NCBI GenBank assembly: GCA_030612725.1
Contig: JAUWNJ010000010.1
Location: 32,837 to 96,836, forward strand
Direction of reading: 5' to 3'
Origin: Planctomycetales bacterium
GTDB taxonomy: Bacteria > Planctomycetota > Phycisphaerae > SM23-33
Length of the DNA: 64,000 nucleotides
Part shown: positions 1 to 9,741 of the stretch, piece by piece
Layout: every line of letters starts with the position of its first letter
Numbering within the stretch: position 1 is the stretch's first letter
Notes under the pieces: model-generated
Told to the model about the DNA's origin: nothing
The model's input: only the letters and a program-made list of their open reading frames with translations
The model's database searches: none
Made by a program: the position numbers and the translations under genes

Positions 1-3
1 GGC

Positions 4-405
4 GTGCCGGTCATGCGGAAATTAATCGAACAAATCCGCTCGCTGGGCATGAAAAGCATCTACTACTACAGCGGCAACCCTGCCGGAAAATGGGAGCAGA
101 TACTCTCGCTCGGCATGGACGCCCTGGCGCTGGAAGAGAGCAAGAAAGATTTCACCATCGACATTGAAGAGGTCGCCGAGCGGGTGTCAGGGCGGTACAC
201 GCTGCTGGGTAATCTCGACGCAATTGGCGTTCTCCAGGACGGCAGCGACGAGCAACTCCGCGCCGAGGTCGCCCGCCAGATCGCCGCCGGTCGTAAGAAC
301 GGCAGCCGGTTCATCATGAGCCTCGGCAGCCCGCCGACGCCCGCCACGCCGGTCGAACGCGTCCGCCTCTACCTCGAACTGGCGCGCGAACTCGGCGACA
401 GGTAG
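4..405 (+). CDS. Uroporphyrinogen-decarboxylase (URO-D/MtaA-like) family protein, C-terminal fragment; 5' end lies outside the window
   Basis: ORF-track translation ends with a URO-D-fold-like C-terminus (YYYSGN...LGNLDAIGVL...). Partial at the window edge, and the family assignment is from memory of the fold. Confidence 0.4.
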   Translation: MPVMRKLIEQIRSLGMKSIYYYSGNPAGKWEQILSLGMDALALEESKKDFTIDIEEVAERVSGRYTLLGNLDAIGVLQDGSDEQLRAEVARQIAAGRKNGSRFIMSLGSPPTPATPVERVRLYLELARELGDR

Positions 406-428
406 GCCGGGGCAAGCAAGGAACGTAG

Positions 429-454
429 CATGGGCGTCTCGCCCATGTTTTTTT
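429..454 (+). terminator. Intrinsic terminator-like hairpin (catgggc-gtctc-gcccatg) followed by a T7 run
   Basis: Perfect 7-bp GC-rich stem with a 5-nt loop and a ttttttt run, 24 nt after the stop of the 4..405 ORF. It belongs to a repeat family also seen at 22577 and 41892. Confidence 0.55.
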
Positions 455-476
455 CACGGCCGGGACGCCCGTGCCA

Positions 477-2546
477 CTACTTCTCGGAAATCATCTTCTT
501 CGCCTTTGCCGCCAGGGGCGATTCGGGGTAATCCTTGACGATTCGCCGAAAAGTCTTTCGGGCAAGGTCGGTCTTTCGCATTTTGGTGTAGGCTTCGGCT
601 GACAGCATCAGCAGTTCCGGCGCGTAGTGGCTGCGGGGATTGACACGGATGAGTATCTGGGCCTGACGGGCGGCTGCGGCGTATTGCTTCCGCGACGTCG
701 CCAGTTTCGCGCGGATTAACGTCGAAAAACCCTCCAGTTTGTCGGTGGGAAATTCGTATTCCCATTTGTCCAAAGCCCCGGCTGCATCGTCAAACAATCG
801 CCGACGGAGGTAATCTTCGGCATGGCGGGCCAGGTCGCCTTTTCGGACGGCGGGTTTCATTTTCGCATCGCCTTTGACCGCCCCGGATGCTCGGTACGCT
901 TCGGCGGCCTTATCGTAATTTCCGCGATGGCGCCAGACGTCGCCGATACCGATTTTCGCTTCGCGGATTGCGCGATGCGTTGTCAGTGCGGCGTATTTTT
1001 TAATAGCGCGGGCGAAAATGCTCATAGCTCTGTCGATTTTATCATTTTCCAGGGCGATCTTTCCGGCGCGCACAAGCATCTCGGCTGACACGTCCGGCGC
1101 ATCGGTCATCTTCGCCGCTTTGACCAGTGCATCGACGGCCCGCCCCGGAGCGTCGGCGGTACGGATAAGCGCATCGGCGTAAATCCCCATCGCATCGCGC
1201 AGGACCGCCGAGGGCGCCTTGTTGCGAGCGATGAGTGCGTCGCCCGCGCGAATAACCGCCTCTTTCAGACCCGCGCGTTTGAAAATGATAACAGCCCCGG
1301 TGATGTCGCGCGAATCCGAAGCGGTAAAATCATAACCGGCTGCGATGCGTGCGTAATTGGCGGGAGGGTCCATGAGATTTTTTGCAACCTTATCCCACCG
1401 GCGCGATACGTATATGACGTTGGTCCGCGTGAGCGTCTGTGAGCCGATTTTAACCCTCAGCGTTACCTTATATCGCCCGTCGCGAAGATATACATGCTCG
1501 CATTTTTTATCCGAGGACTTCTGCCCGTCGCCGAAATCCCAATGGTATTGAACCTTGCCGCCGAATCGCCCCTTCAGCATGGCTTCAAATACGTACCGCT
1601 GAAAGTAGCGATTCGCCAGAAAGGTCTCCCCGGCGTGGCGCGGTATGAAATCGGCGTGCCGGCTCCGGCCATATCGTTCCAGGATACCGGGGGTCGCCCG
1701 ACGAACCGGCGCGAAGGCGCTGGGCGGAATTTTCCAAAGTCGCCGACCATTGGGCGTGCGCCATGCAGCCACAACCACCGGATTACCACCGGTGCCGACG
1801 TGATAGACCTTCAATTCGTGCAGGCCTTTGGAAAGTTTTATCCGTCCCTGCCTGACCGCACGACGCTGAGGACGATGATGCCGGCCATTGGAAACGATCA
1901 CCTTACCATCGACCAGCAGGAAAGAGGCGTCCCGGCTGGTGGTGGAAAAAATGTATTGCCCGTCGGCGGGGCAAACGAGATAACCCGTGAAGATGCTGCA
2001 TATCCGGTTCTGCGGGCCGAAGGGATTATAACCAAGGAAAATATCCCTGCGGAAGTCCCTGCCGAGCAGTTTTTTGCTTCGCTCGAAGATTCGTTGGACT
2101 TGCTTGAAATTCGCAATTCCCCCGCCGGTGTAGGCCCACGTCTCCATCAGCACGCCACGACGGATTTGCAGTTCCTGTTTCGGCGCCTCGGCCTTGGGAT
2201 TTCCGAAATAGAGGAAGTATTTTTTGATTGGCGGCTTCAGTTCGAACGCGACGCGGACGCTGTTGCCGGGGCCGACCATCAGCACTCGATGAGGCAGTAG
2301 CGTTCCGGTGGCGGTGGTTACGCGGATGTCGCGCCCGTCCGCGGCGGTAAGCCCGCCGGTCGGCATGGTAACGACGGCGATATCCCGGCCTGTTTTCAGA
2401 TTGGTCTTCGAAACGTCGCTCACCGTTACAGCCCGACGGTACGGCCAGTTATAATTCCACCAGCCTCCCTGCGCAGACACCGGCGCAGCCGCCGCCAGCA
2501 CCGCCGCAACGATGCAAATACGTAATGACCTGAAAACACTTTCCAT
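477..2546 (-). CDS. Secreted multidomain protein: signal peptide, DUF2341-like N-terminal region, PA14-like segment, PKD-like motif (YHWDFGDG), C-terminal TPR-like repeats
   Basis: 689-aa ORF with a hydrophobic N-terminal signal (AAVLAAAAPVSAQG), a GxxxCPADGxYxF PA14-like motif, YHWDFGDG, and an alanine-rich repeat-like C-terminus. Confidence 0.55.
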   Translation of the reverse strand: MESVFRSLRICIVAAVLAAAAPVSAQGGWWNYNWPYRRAVTVSDVSKTNLKTGRDIAVVTMPTGGLTAADGRDIRVTTATGTLLPHRVLMVGPGNSVRVAFELKPPIKKYFLYFGNPKAEAPKQELQIRRGVLMETWAYTGGGIANFKQVQRIFERSKKLLGRDFRRDIFLGYNPFGPQNRICSIFTGYLVCPADGQYIFSTTSRDASFLLVDGKVIVSNGRHHRPQRRAVRQGRIKLSKGLHELKVYHVGTGGNPVVVAAWRTPNGRRLWKIPPSAFAPVRRATPGILERYGRSRHADFIPRHAGETFLANRYFQRYVFEAMLKGRFGGKVQYHWDFGDGQKSSDKKCEHVYLRDGRYKVTLRVKIGSQTLTRTNVIYVSRRWDKVAKNLMDPPANYARIAAGYDFTASDSRDITGAVIIFKRAGLKEAVIRAGDALIARNKAPSAVLRDAMGIYADALIRTADAPGRAVDALVKAAKMTDAPDVSAEMLVRAGKIALENDKIDRAMSIFARAIKKYAALTTHRAIREAKIGIGDVWRHRGNYDKAAEAYRASGAVKGDAKMKPAVRKGDLARHAEDYLRRRLFDDAAGALDKWEYEFPTDKLEGFSTLIRAKLATSRKQYAAAARQAQILIRVNPRSHYAPELLMLSAEAYTKMRKTDLARKTFRRIVKDYPESPLAAKAKKMISEK

Positions 2547-2611
2547 GACAGACTCTTATGCTTTAACGCAACCGGTCCGACAAAGTTGCTTGCGGATAAT
2601 AACTACACGGA

Positions 2612-3509
2612 GAATATTGAATATTGTGCATAGCACCGCGTAGCGATACTACGTACCACTACGTGGAACAAAGAATTTTGAATTTCGAAGTATAAAGAAA
2701 AAGAAGAATGGTAACGGTGCGACATTTTATTACCCTTTTTCACCATTCCTTTTGGCTGCGCCTAGCCCCGTTCAGTCTTCTTCTTGTTCATTGATCCAAA
2801 TAACGGGCAGGAAAAGATATTTACCTGCCTTGCCTGTCCCCGGTTCAAATGCCAGTTCATCTTGGTGATCTTTCAGAACCTTGACGCCCCAGCTTTTCGC
2901 TTTCCTTGCCGTTTGCCTATCTGGAGTCAAAAACCCTTTCAAAGCCGCCGGTGGAACGACGCATCGCTCCCCACTGTCCTTTTTGAGGAACTCGACCATA
3001 TCAAACCTGTCCCAAGAGTTTGCCAAACTTGGTGATATGTCCCACCAGTAGAGGAAAGGCATATCGTCATACCTTCTACTCCGTTTGACCAGAACCGCTT
3101 CTTTTTCTTCAAGCACAGAGCTTTCTTCCATCTTGGATTCCGCATGACATTGCTGGTGGCACTCCGCGTGCATCAGGACGCAATTGTTTTTGCTGTATCC
3201 TTTTGTCTGATCCAAGCGGTGCAAGTGAACGTTTCGTCTGGTCTCAAAGGGCTTTTCACAGTAATGACATGGCTTGTTGGCATCGAACAGTTCTCGCTTG
3301 ATGCCGGTCTTCGTCTTCCGCTCGTCGAGTCCAAGCCTGGCGAAGACATACCGGTTCGCGTACCACCACTTGTCTGTGTCGCCATCGGCATGTTCGACGA
3401 TGAGTTTGCGAGTCTGTTCGAGAATTTCTTCGGGCTTCATGATGCTTGTCCTTTTTCTTCTTTTTTTAAACTTCGAAATTCAAAATTCTCTGTTCAATAT
3501 TCAATATTC
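2612..3509. mobile_element. Terminal-inverted-repeat-bounded cassette carrying a single HNH nuclease gene
   Basis: Left end has module A gaatattgaatattg (2612-2626) and module B agaattttgaatttcgaagt (2672-2691). Right end has exact reverse complements B' (3470-3489) and A' (3495-3509). The interior is visibly AT-richer than the flanks. Confidence 0.5.
2772..3440 (-). CDS. HNH endonuclease domain protein
   Basis: Translation contains CHYCEKPF...HLHRLDQTKGYSKNNCVLMHAECHQQCH, a canonical HNH/zinc-finger nuclease motif, in a lower-GC gene. Confidence 0.7.
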   Translation of the reverse strand: MKPEEILEQTRKLIVEHADGDTDKWWYANRYVFARLGLDERKTKTGIKRELFDANKPCHYCEKPFETRRNVHLHRLDQTKGYSKNNCVLMHAECHQQCHAESKMEESSVLEEKEAVLVKRSRRYDDMPFLYWWDISPSLANSWDRFDMVEFLKKDSGERCVVPPAALKGFLTPDRQTARKAKSWGVKVLKDHQDELAFEPGTGKAGKYLFLPVIWINEQEED

Positions 3510-3526
3510 ATCTTTTCCCTACTTCA

Positions 3527-5023
3527 TCATTCTCCCTGAATCGCAACCTTGGCGATCCTGAAGCATCCCACCGTTGAGATGATCCCGAAGAATTCGTCGG
3601 GGTTGCCGTCGCCGGTCGTCAGCATGATATGTCCGGCATCGTATCCGTTCAGGGCAGCATCGAAGCCGACCCATTTTCCGCCGATCAGTACGCGATTCCA
3701 TGCGTGAGGCCCGAAGACGCCCTTCCGCCCGCCGAAACTTTCGACGTAGGCCACGCCCGTTACGACCTGCGCGGGGATTCCGACTGCCCGGCAAAGAGCG
3801 GCTGCCAGGACGGCATGCTCGGAGCAGTCGCCCTGCCGGCTGGCGGCGACCTCAACGGCGGATGCGTAACCGACGGAAAGGTCTTTCTTGTTGATGTATT
3901 TTCGGACGAACGCCTCGATTTTCCTAGCGGCTTTGAGCGTATCCTTCGTGTCCCCGACGGCCTGGCGGGCGAGGGATTTTATCTTCTTGTCGTCGCACTG
4001 GATAAACCGCGTCGCCTTCAATGCCGACAGTGCGGTCTTGTCCTTTCCCTTGTACGGAAACGCAGCGCCGACTTCGGCTTTGACGGGGCAGACCGTTACA
4101 ACAACCGTGCCGGTTTTGAGGTTGCGGACCGTCTGGTTGTCTGTGGCGGGAAAATGCAGCTTCGCTTTATCGGCCGGTTTGCCGGGTTGAGCAATCGGCT
4201 CAAGCGTATATGTTATCGACCTGGCCGACGCGACGTTCTTGAGCGGTTGTGGCGGCGAAAGCAGAAACCGGGCAAAGAAATCCGCAACGTCGTTTTTGCT
4301 CAGCGCGAACACCCGGCTGCAGGCGACGATTTCGAGAGTCATGCCCATCGCGGGAAGAACGACCTTCTGGTCGTGGAAATTCCTGTCCACGTAGTTCGTC
4401 GCGGTTACGCCCTTTATGGTGGTCTTGACTTCAGTCAGCGGAACGACGCGCCCCAGCAGGTCAACGTTTTTCGTAGGCCCGACGAGCCGTTCTTCATCCT
4501 CTGCCTTGAGAGTCAGAGACGTGAATATCTTTGCGGTATATTTGGTTCCCTCGGTCAGACCCTTTTTCTTCGCCAGGATTCGCAGACCTTCGCTCATCAG
4601 CGCCCCTTCGGGCCAGTCTATGACACGTTTCTGAACACTTTGTCCGGTGGTGATTGTAACGTTGACTTTCCCGGCCGGAGTAACGGCGCCTTCAATCGCC
4701 ATAGCCATAATGCCAATGTCCTGGACGGACTTGAAGCCTATCGGCTTGCCGTCGGTGGTCTCGATGTCGGTGTAGCTCAGCCGGGCGGTTATGGCAACGG
4801 CTCCCCGGCTGATTGTGAATACCTTTGTTTCGGAAGTGGTTACCTTACCGTCGGAGACCTGGCGAGTGCGTTTGCTGTGCCCGACTTTCTTTCCATCTAT
4901 AAAGATGGCGAAATACTGCGTTTCGGTCTTTGCCGCAGGTTTCGTCGTTGCCCGTGGCGCAGCCGCTGCGACAACCGTCATAAAAATCACCGCCAGTACA
5001 CATAAGAATCTGCGTTTTTGCAT
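3527..5023 (-). CDS. Secreted transglutaminase-like (Cys-His-Asp) domain protein
   Basis: N-terminal signal peptide. C-terminal GDCSEHAVLAAALCRAVGIPAQVVTG ... GPHAWNRV matches the transglutaminase-like core. Confidence 0.65.
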   Translation of the reverse strand: MQKRRFLCVLAVIFMTVVAAAAPRATTKPAAKTETQYFAIFIDGKKVGHSKRTRQVSDGKVTTSETKVFTISRGAVAITARLSYTDIETTDGKPIGFKSVQDIGIMAMAIEGAVTPAGKVNVTITTGQSVQKRVIDWPEGALMSEGLRILAKKKGLTEGTKYTAKIFTSLTLKAEDEERLVGPTKNVDLLGRVVPLTEVKTTIKGVTATNYVDRNFHDQKVVLPAMGMTLEIVACSRVFALSKNDVADFFARFLLSPPQPLKNVASARSITYTLEPIAQPGKPADKAKLHFPATDNQTVRNLKTGTVVVTVCPVKAEVGAAFPYKGKDKTALSALKATRFIQCDDKKIKSLARQAVGDTKDTLKAARKIEAFVRKYINKKDLSVGYASAVEVAASRQGDCSEHAVLAAALCRAVGIPAQVVTGVAYVESFGGRKGVFGPHAWNRVLIGGKWVGFDAALNGYDAGHIMLTTGDGNPDEFFGIISTVGCFRIAKVAIQGE

Positions 5024-5149
5024 GACTTATATCCCTTTCATTGATATGAACGCCTATTGTAGCACTGACGTAGAAGTATTCCCCGGTTTTATATTGGAAA
5101 GTTACCAGCAGGAACGATTACATTCGTATAGTTGAGAGCAGGGCTGCGT

Positions 5150-5803
5150 ATGAACTGGAAATTACCGAATCAACTGACTGTCGGGCGGATTGTCTTGTCG
5201 GCGGCGTTTTTCGTGCTGCTGGGGCTGTACGAGCAGGGAACGTCCGGCGGCGTCCGCCTGCTCAATGTCGCGCTGGTTATTTACATCATCGCCGGCATCA
5301 CCGACATACTCGACGGATGGATCGCGCGAAAGTGGAACCTGACAAGTGCGTTCGGGCGGATTGCCGACCCGTTCGTCGATAAGGTGCTGGTCGTCGGAGC
5401 GTTCGCAATGCTGGCAGGGTCGAACTTCGCCATCGACGAGCAGATTGCCGGCGAATTCGAGCGAAACCTCCCAGCCTGGTTGAACGGCGGAATGGCTAGC
5501 GGCGTACAGGCGTGGATGGTCGTAGTAATCCTGGGAAGAGAGTTTATCGTCTCGGCAATTCGCGGATACAGCGAATCGCAGGGTATGAAATTTCCCGCAA
5601 CGTCGGCCGGTAAAATAAAAATGTTCGTCCAGTCGGTGGCAATCTGCGCTGTGCTCTTCCAATTGGCCAACGTGAACCAGCCGGCATGGGCGGTGGTTGC
5701 CAAAATCGTGGTCGTCTGGCTGGCGGTGATCGCTACAGTCCTCAGCGGACTGGCGTATGTCGGAAAAACCGGAAGGCTGCTTATGAGCGATGAAAAGGAT
5801 TAA
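5150..5803 (+). CDS. pgsA: CDP-diacylglycerol--glycerol-3-phosphate 3-phosphatidyltransferase
   Basis: MNWKLPNQLTVGRIVL start; CDP-alcohol phosphatidyltransferase motif DILDGWIARKWNLTSAFGRIADPFVDK; multiple TM segments. Confidence 0.8.
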   Translation: MNWKLPNQLTVGRIVLSAAFFVLLGLYEQGTSGGVRLLNVALVIYIIAGITDILDGWIARKWNLTSAFGRIADPFVDKVLVVGAFAMLAGSNFAIDEQIAGEFERNLPAWLNGGMASGVQAWMVVVILGREFIVSAIRGYSESQGMKFPATSAGKIKMFVQSVAICAVLFQLANVNQPAWAVVAKIVVVWLAVIATVLSGLAYVGKTGRLLMSDEKD

Positions 5804-6281
5804 ATTATTTATTGCGAGCGGTCTGGGTACGGGTTATCTGCCCATCGCGCCTGGTACGTGGGCCTCGGGGGCAACGGCGGCGGTTTTCCTGCTCGTGGCG
5901 TGGGGTTCGGAGGCGAATCCGTACTACATTGCAGGTGCGATGGCGGGGATTTTAGTCCTGTCGTCTGTGGCGTGTGTGGCGACGGGCAAATTCGCCGAAA
6001 AACAGTTCGGCAGGAAAGACCCCTCTCAAAGCACGCTCGACGAATGGGCCGGCCAGGCGCTGACATATCTGTTTTTACCGATTGGGACCGGTTGGTGGAA
6101 CTGGATGATTGTCGCCGGCGCGGGCTTTGTGGTGTTTCGCATATTAGACATCCTCAAGCCGCCCCCGGCGCGCCGCCTGGAAAATCTACCGTATGGATGG
6201 GGCGTCCTCGCCGACGACCTGATGGTGGCCGTCTATGCGAACCTGATATTACAGGTGATTTTGCGCTTTTGGTTCTGGTAA
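5790..6281 (+). CDS. pgpA: Phosphatidylglycerophosphatase A
   Basis: GLGTGYLPIAPGTWAS signature typical of PgpA. Overlaps the pgsA stop by 14 nt, suggesting an operon. Confidence 0.75.
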   Translation: MKRIKLFIASGLGTGYLPIAPGTWASGATAAVFLLVAWGSEANPYYIAGAMAGILVLSSVACVATGKFAEKQFGRKDPSQSTLDEWAGQALTYLFLPIGTGWWNWMIVAGAGFVVFRILDILKPPPARRLENLPYGWGVLADDLMVAVYANLILQVILRFWFW

Positions 6282-6315
6282 CGGAGTTTCTGCGTCGAAT
6301 TTTATATAACAAAAC

Positions 6316-6343
6316 TTGTCAATGATTGTTATTGGTGTATAAT
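6316..6343 (+). promoter_or_regulatory. Sigma70-like promoter TTGTCA-16-TATAAT upstream of parDE
   Basis: ttgtca at 6316-6321 and tataat at 6338-6343 with a 16-nt spacer, about 50 nt upstream of the parD start in an AT-rich intergenic region. Confidence 0.5.
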
Positions 6344-6391
6344 TAGAATTGAGCAGAGGAATGTTCAAGTAATTAGTTTCGGGGTGATATT

Positions 6392-6688
6392 ATGAACGTA
6401 TCGTTGACAAGCAAATTGGAAAAACTTGTAAAACAGAAGGTGAAATCCGGTCTGTACAATTCCGCCAGTGAGGTGATTCGGGAGAGTTTGCGCCTTTTGG
6501 AAGAGCGAGACAGGATTAACAAAATCCGCATCAGGGAACTTCGGAAAGAAGTTGCCGAAGGGATAGGGCAACTGAGGCGCGGCGAATTTACGGAAGTTAC
6601 GGACGATTCTCTGTCAAAGACGTTTGGCGAAATCAAGGCCCGAGGCCGTAAGAAACTGTCCGCCCGGAAGAAAAATCGCACCGCATGA
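6392..6688 (+). CDS. parD: Type II antitoxin, ParD/RHH family
   Basis: 98-aa protein (KLEKLVKQKVKSGLYNSASEVIRESLRLLEERD) with a ribbon-helix-helix antitoxin pattern. Its stop overlaps the downstream toxin start (ATGA). Confidence 0.75.
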   Translation: MNVSLTSKLEKLVKQKVKSGLYNSASEVIRESLRLLEERDRINKIRIRELRKEVAEGIGQLRRGEFTEVTDDSLSKTFGEIKARGRKKLSARKKNRTA

Positions 6689-6972
6689 CTCGCTATCGAA
6701 TCACAAAACAGGCCGAGGAGGACCTGGAGGCAATTTGGCTTTATATTGCCGAAGATAATCCTTCTGTTGCGGATCGAGTGCTGGATACGTTTCAGGAGAA
6801 GTTCCGCCTGTTGGGTGAACATCCACAAATGGGCAGAAGCCGGAAGGACCTCGGAGAAACCCTACGGAGCCTTCCTGTTGAGAAGTACGTAGTGTTCTAT
6901 CGCTACCGTGATGAATGCGTGGAGATCATTCACGTCATACATGGTGCGCGTGACATCCCGTCACTTTTGTGA
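6685..6972 (+). CDS. parE: Type II toxin, ParE/RelE family
   Basis: 95-aa protein with ITKQAEEDLEAIWLYIAEDNPSVADRV...VVFYRY...IIHVIHGARD, the ParE/RelE pattern, translationally coupled to parD. Confidence 0.75.
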   Translation: MTRYRITKQAEEDLEAIWLYIAEDNPSVADRVLDTFQEKFRLLGEHPQMGRSRKDLGETLRSLPVEKYVVFYRYRDECVEIIHVIHGARDIPSLL

Positions 6973-6982
6973 TGCGCCCTGC

Positions 6983-9649
6983 TCATATCTTTTTTGGTTC
7001 TGGTAGGTTGATTTCCGTCAGAAGCGCGGCGATGGTCGCCAGTACTGTGAAGATAAAGAGGCTCCAGAGCATGTTGGTTCCGAGGTTGTTAACGATTTCG
7101 ACCGCTCCGGGCTGTCCGCCACCCAACGCGGGAAAGCACGCCAGAGCGGCATGAACGACTGTATATCCCGCCGCCGTGATAGCGGCTGCGACTATTGTCA
7201 GTTTGACCCGCGAGAGCATTTTCGCCCCGCCTGCTCCGAGCGTCGTCGCAGCGCCGAGAAGCATCGGAAGCAATATCGCCGCAGGCCAGATGTTCTTCAG
7301 CGTCGGCAGAGACCCCCAGACATTTCGGCAGATAACGTCCGTAGCGCCGAACAGCGCCACAGCCACGATGGCGATGGGGATTACGTGCCAGATTCTCGTT
7401 CGCAGTTTGTCGCGGCGTCTGGCTCTTTCGTGCATTCGTCGGCGGACCGTCAAAGGCCAGTTGTAGAACAGGTCGAAGACGCCGTGCTCCATCAACGCCC
7501 CGTGTTCGCCGAAGACCGGAACAATATGCACCGCTTCGGTCGCCCAGTGCCCAGCCATGAAACGCGCCAAGGCCGGGTATCGGTACGCCATCTGAAGCGG
7601 AAACGCCAGGTATCCGATGTACTTGAAGAAGCCCAGGAACACCGCGATGTTGTAATCGCGAATGTTCCGCTCACGGATGACCAGATACAGCACGTACAGC
7701 CCGCGAACCAGCGAACCGGGAGAAATCGGCGTAACCTGGAAGAACCCGATAATGGCAAGCCCCTTGGCCCAGGCGTTTGGGTCCTGCATATGCGTAAAGT
7801 AATAGACCATCGCCACAGTAACCGAGACAATCTGCGTTATCGGAAGCGTGCAGAGATGGACGGCGAGGCTTTGTAGGTATTTTTGTATGAACGGTTCTTT
7901 TATCCGCGAGAGTATGTGCTCGGCGTCGTCGCGGGTGAGCATGTGCTTTTTTCGCCCGCCGGCGACCATATCGCGGAGCCACTGCTCGCGCGCGTCGGCG
8001 TTGAAGTACAGGTGGATCGGGCGGACGAAATAGTAGCGGAGTTTTTCGGCATCATATTTCTTGTCGGTCAGCAGGCGGTGGAGTTTCGCCGGCATCCAGG
8101 AGAAGAATATCGTATAGATTACGAACTGCACCGGCTTGGCCAGGAGGCGGCGCGCCCTGCTGGCCGATACCCGCTTGCCGCGATGCCAACTGATGAGCGT
8201 CTCGGATACGTGGGCGAGAAACGCCCGACGGAGGTAATTCCCATCGGTCAAAATCTTCGCGTAATGCCTGCGAAGATCGCCCCGTCCAGCGAGTTTTCGC
8301 AGCCACCTGAAGATTATCGGTACAGGTAGAATCAGCCCCGCCGCAACAGCGCCCCACATCCACCCCAAAGCCCCGGCTGACCACGCCGCCACCAGTACGC
8401 CTGCACCGGCAACGACCGGCAGCATCGGAAGCAGACCAAAGACCGCAAAGGCGACCGTCAGGAACCGGCTTCGGCGTAAGCGGCTTTCGGCTGCGTCATC
8501 GACCAAACCCTTTGCCCGCCATCCTGTTACCGCACCGTCGAGAATACCCGCCCAAAGTTCGCCGTCGTAAAGCAGGCGGACGTGATGATGCGTAATGTCC
8601 GGCAGGGAATTGCGATATGCCCGCTCGCAGACCGCCAGTTCGGCCAGTGCGTCGCGCAGGTCGGCGAATTCTTCGGCGTTCTCGTCGATGAACCGCCGGA
8701 GTTGCTCGAGGCTGCCACGGTCGAACTGCACCAACGACCCGCGAGCGATTCCCTTAAGGATGAGTTTGAAATCGGCTGGACTCATCGGTAAGAAGGGTAG
8801 CAGCGCAAGACCAGCGCGAAAATCCACCGCCGTCAGACCTGCTGCCGGGTCGCTATCGTCATCGGCATCGAGCCGCTTCAGGACGTTGGGCTGGCTCTTG
8901 GCCGTCCACCATTCATACTGCCTCGCCAGTTCCGGCGCACCCATATCGTGAAACAGCCGGACCACTCCGGCCATAAACTCTTTCTTGGCCCAATACTCCG
9001 GCGAACCGCCTTTGCCCGAATCGAAGTCCTTTCCCCTGCGCCGCCGCCCCAGGTGCTCATCCACTTCAAATTGCCAGTTTCGCCCGTCGATCCACTCGCT
9101 TATCTCGCCGCAAGCACCGAGCGTCTCGTCGAAAAACGTCCCCATCACATCGACGACGGCCTGTTCCGAACCGAAGCGGATTTTCGCGCCGCGTCTAATA
9201 AGTTTTTGCCAGATCGCTCCCGCTCTGGCGGCAGAGGGATTGACCTGGAGAGAAAAATCGCCCTGAAAACCGATTTTGTAAATTGCGTCGCGAAATTTTT
9301 GGGAGAAATTCGACGGGGGGATGAGGATTTTCATCGCATATCGCTCACCGACTTCAAGCCCGGAAATTGTCCCGCCATCGACCGAAAGCACCTTGACGCG
9401 ATAGACCTGTCCGGCGAAACCGCCGCCGATAAATTTCCCCACTTCCAGGCGAAGAGTCGCCCTCGTCGCGGGCGACACACCGGTAACTTCGTAGGTCAGT
9501 TCCCTTCCCGGATCGTATCGCCCGACGCACATCGGGCGCAGCACGTCGGCGGAGCGAAACGCCTCACTAAGAATCCGACAGGTTGTAACAGAGTAATCAG
9601 CCACCAAGCGCACCTCTCCCGGCCTGTGGAACGATAAATCTCGTCCCAC
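6983..9649 (-). CDS. ABC1/UbiB-like atypical protein-kinase domain fused to a large polytopic membrane domain
   Basis: N-terminal IGGGFAGQVYRVKV...YAMKI glycine-loop/AxK pattern, followed by more than 10 predicted hydrophobic helices. Confidence 0.45.
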   Translation of the reverse strand: MGRDLSFHRPGEVRLVADYSVTTCRILSEAFRSADVLRPMCVGRYDPGRELTYEVTGVSPATRATLRLEVGKFIGGGFAGQVYRVKVLSVDGGTISGLEVGERYAMKILIPPSNFSQKFRDAIYKIGFQGDFSLQVNPSAARAGAIWQKLIRRGAKIRFGSEQAVVDVMGTFFDETLGACGEISEWIDGRNWQFEVDEHLGRRRRGKDFDSGKGGSPEYWAKKEFMAGVVRLFHDMGAPELARQYEWWTAKSQPNVLKRLDADDDSDPAAGLTAVDFRAGLALLPFLPMSPADFKLILKGIARGSLVQFDRGSLEQLRRFIDENAEEFADLRDALAELAVCERAYRNSLPDITHHHVRLLYDGELWAGILDGAVTGWRAKGLVDDAAESRLRRSRFLTVAFAVFGLLPMLPVVAGAGVLVAAWSAGALGWMWGAVAAGLILPVPIIFRWLRKLAGRGDLRRHYAKILTDGNYLRRAFLAHVSETLISWHRGKRVSASRARRLLAKPVQFVIYTIFFSWMPAKLHRLLTDKKYDAEKLRYYFVRPIHLYFNADAREQWLRDMVAGGRKKHMLTRDDAEHILSRIKEPFIQKYLQSLAVHLCTLPITQIVSVTVAMVYYFTHMQDPNAWAKGLAIIGFFQVTPISPGSLVRGLYVLYLVIRERNIRDYNIAVFLGFFKYIGYLAFPLQMAYRYPALARFMAGHWATEAVHIVPVFGEHGALMEHGVFDLFYNWPLTVRRRMHERARRRDKLRTRIWHVIPIAIVAVALFGATDVICRNVWGSLPTLKNIWPAAILLPMLLGAATTLGAGGAKMLSRVKLTIVAAAITAAGYTVVHAALACFPALGGGQPGAVEIVNNLGTNMLWSLFIFTVLATIAALLTEINLPEPKKI

Positions 9650-9741
9650 CTTTTTATCGGAACAAATGACGCGATGCTATTGCCAACTTGCAAACATCTT
9701 CGCTTGTGTGTCGTCGATGTCGATGCCACAATGGTATCGGT

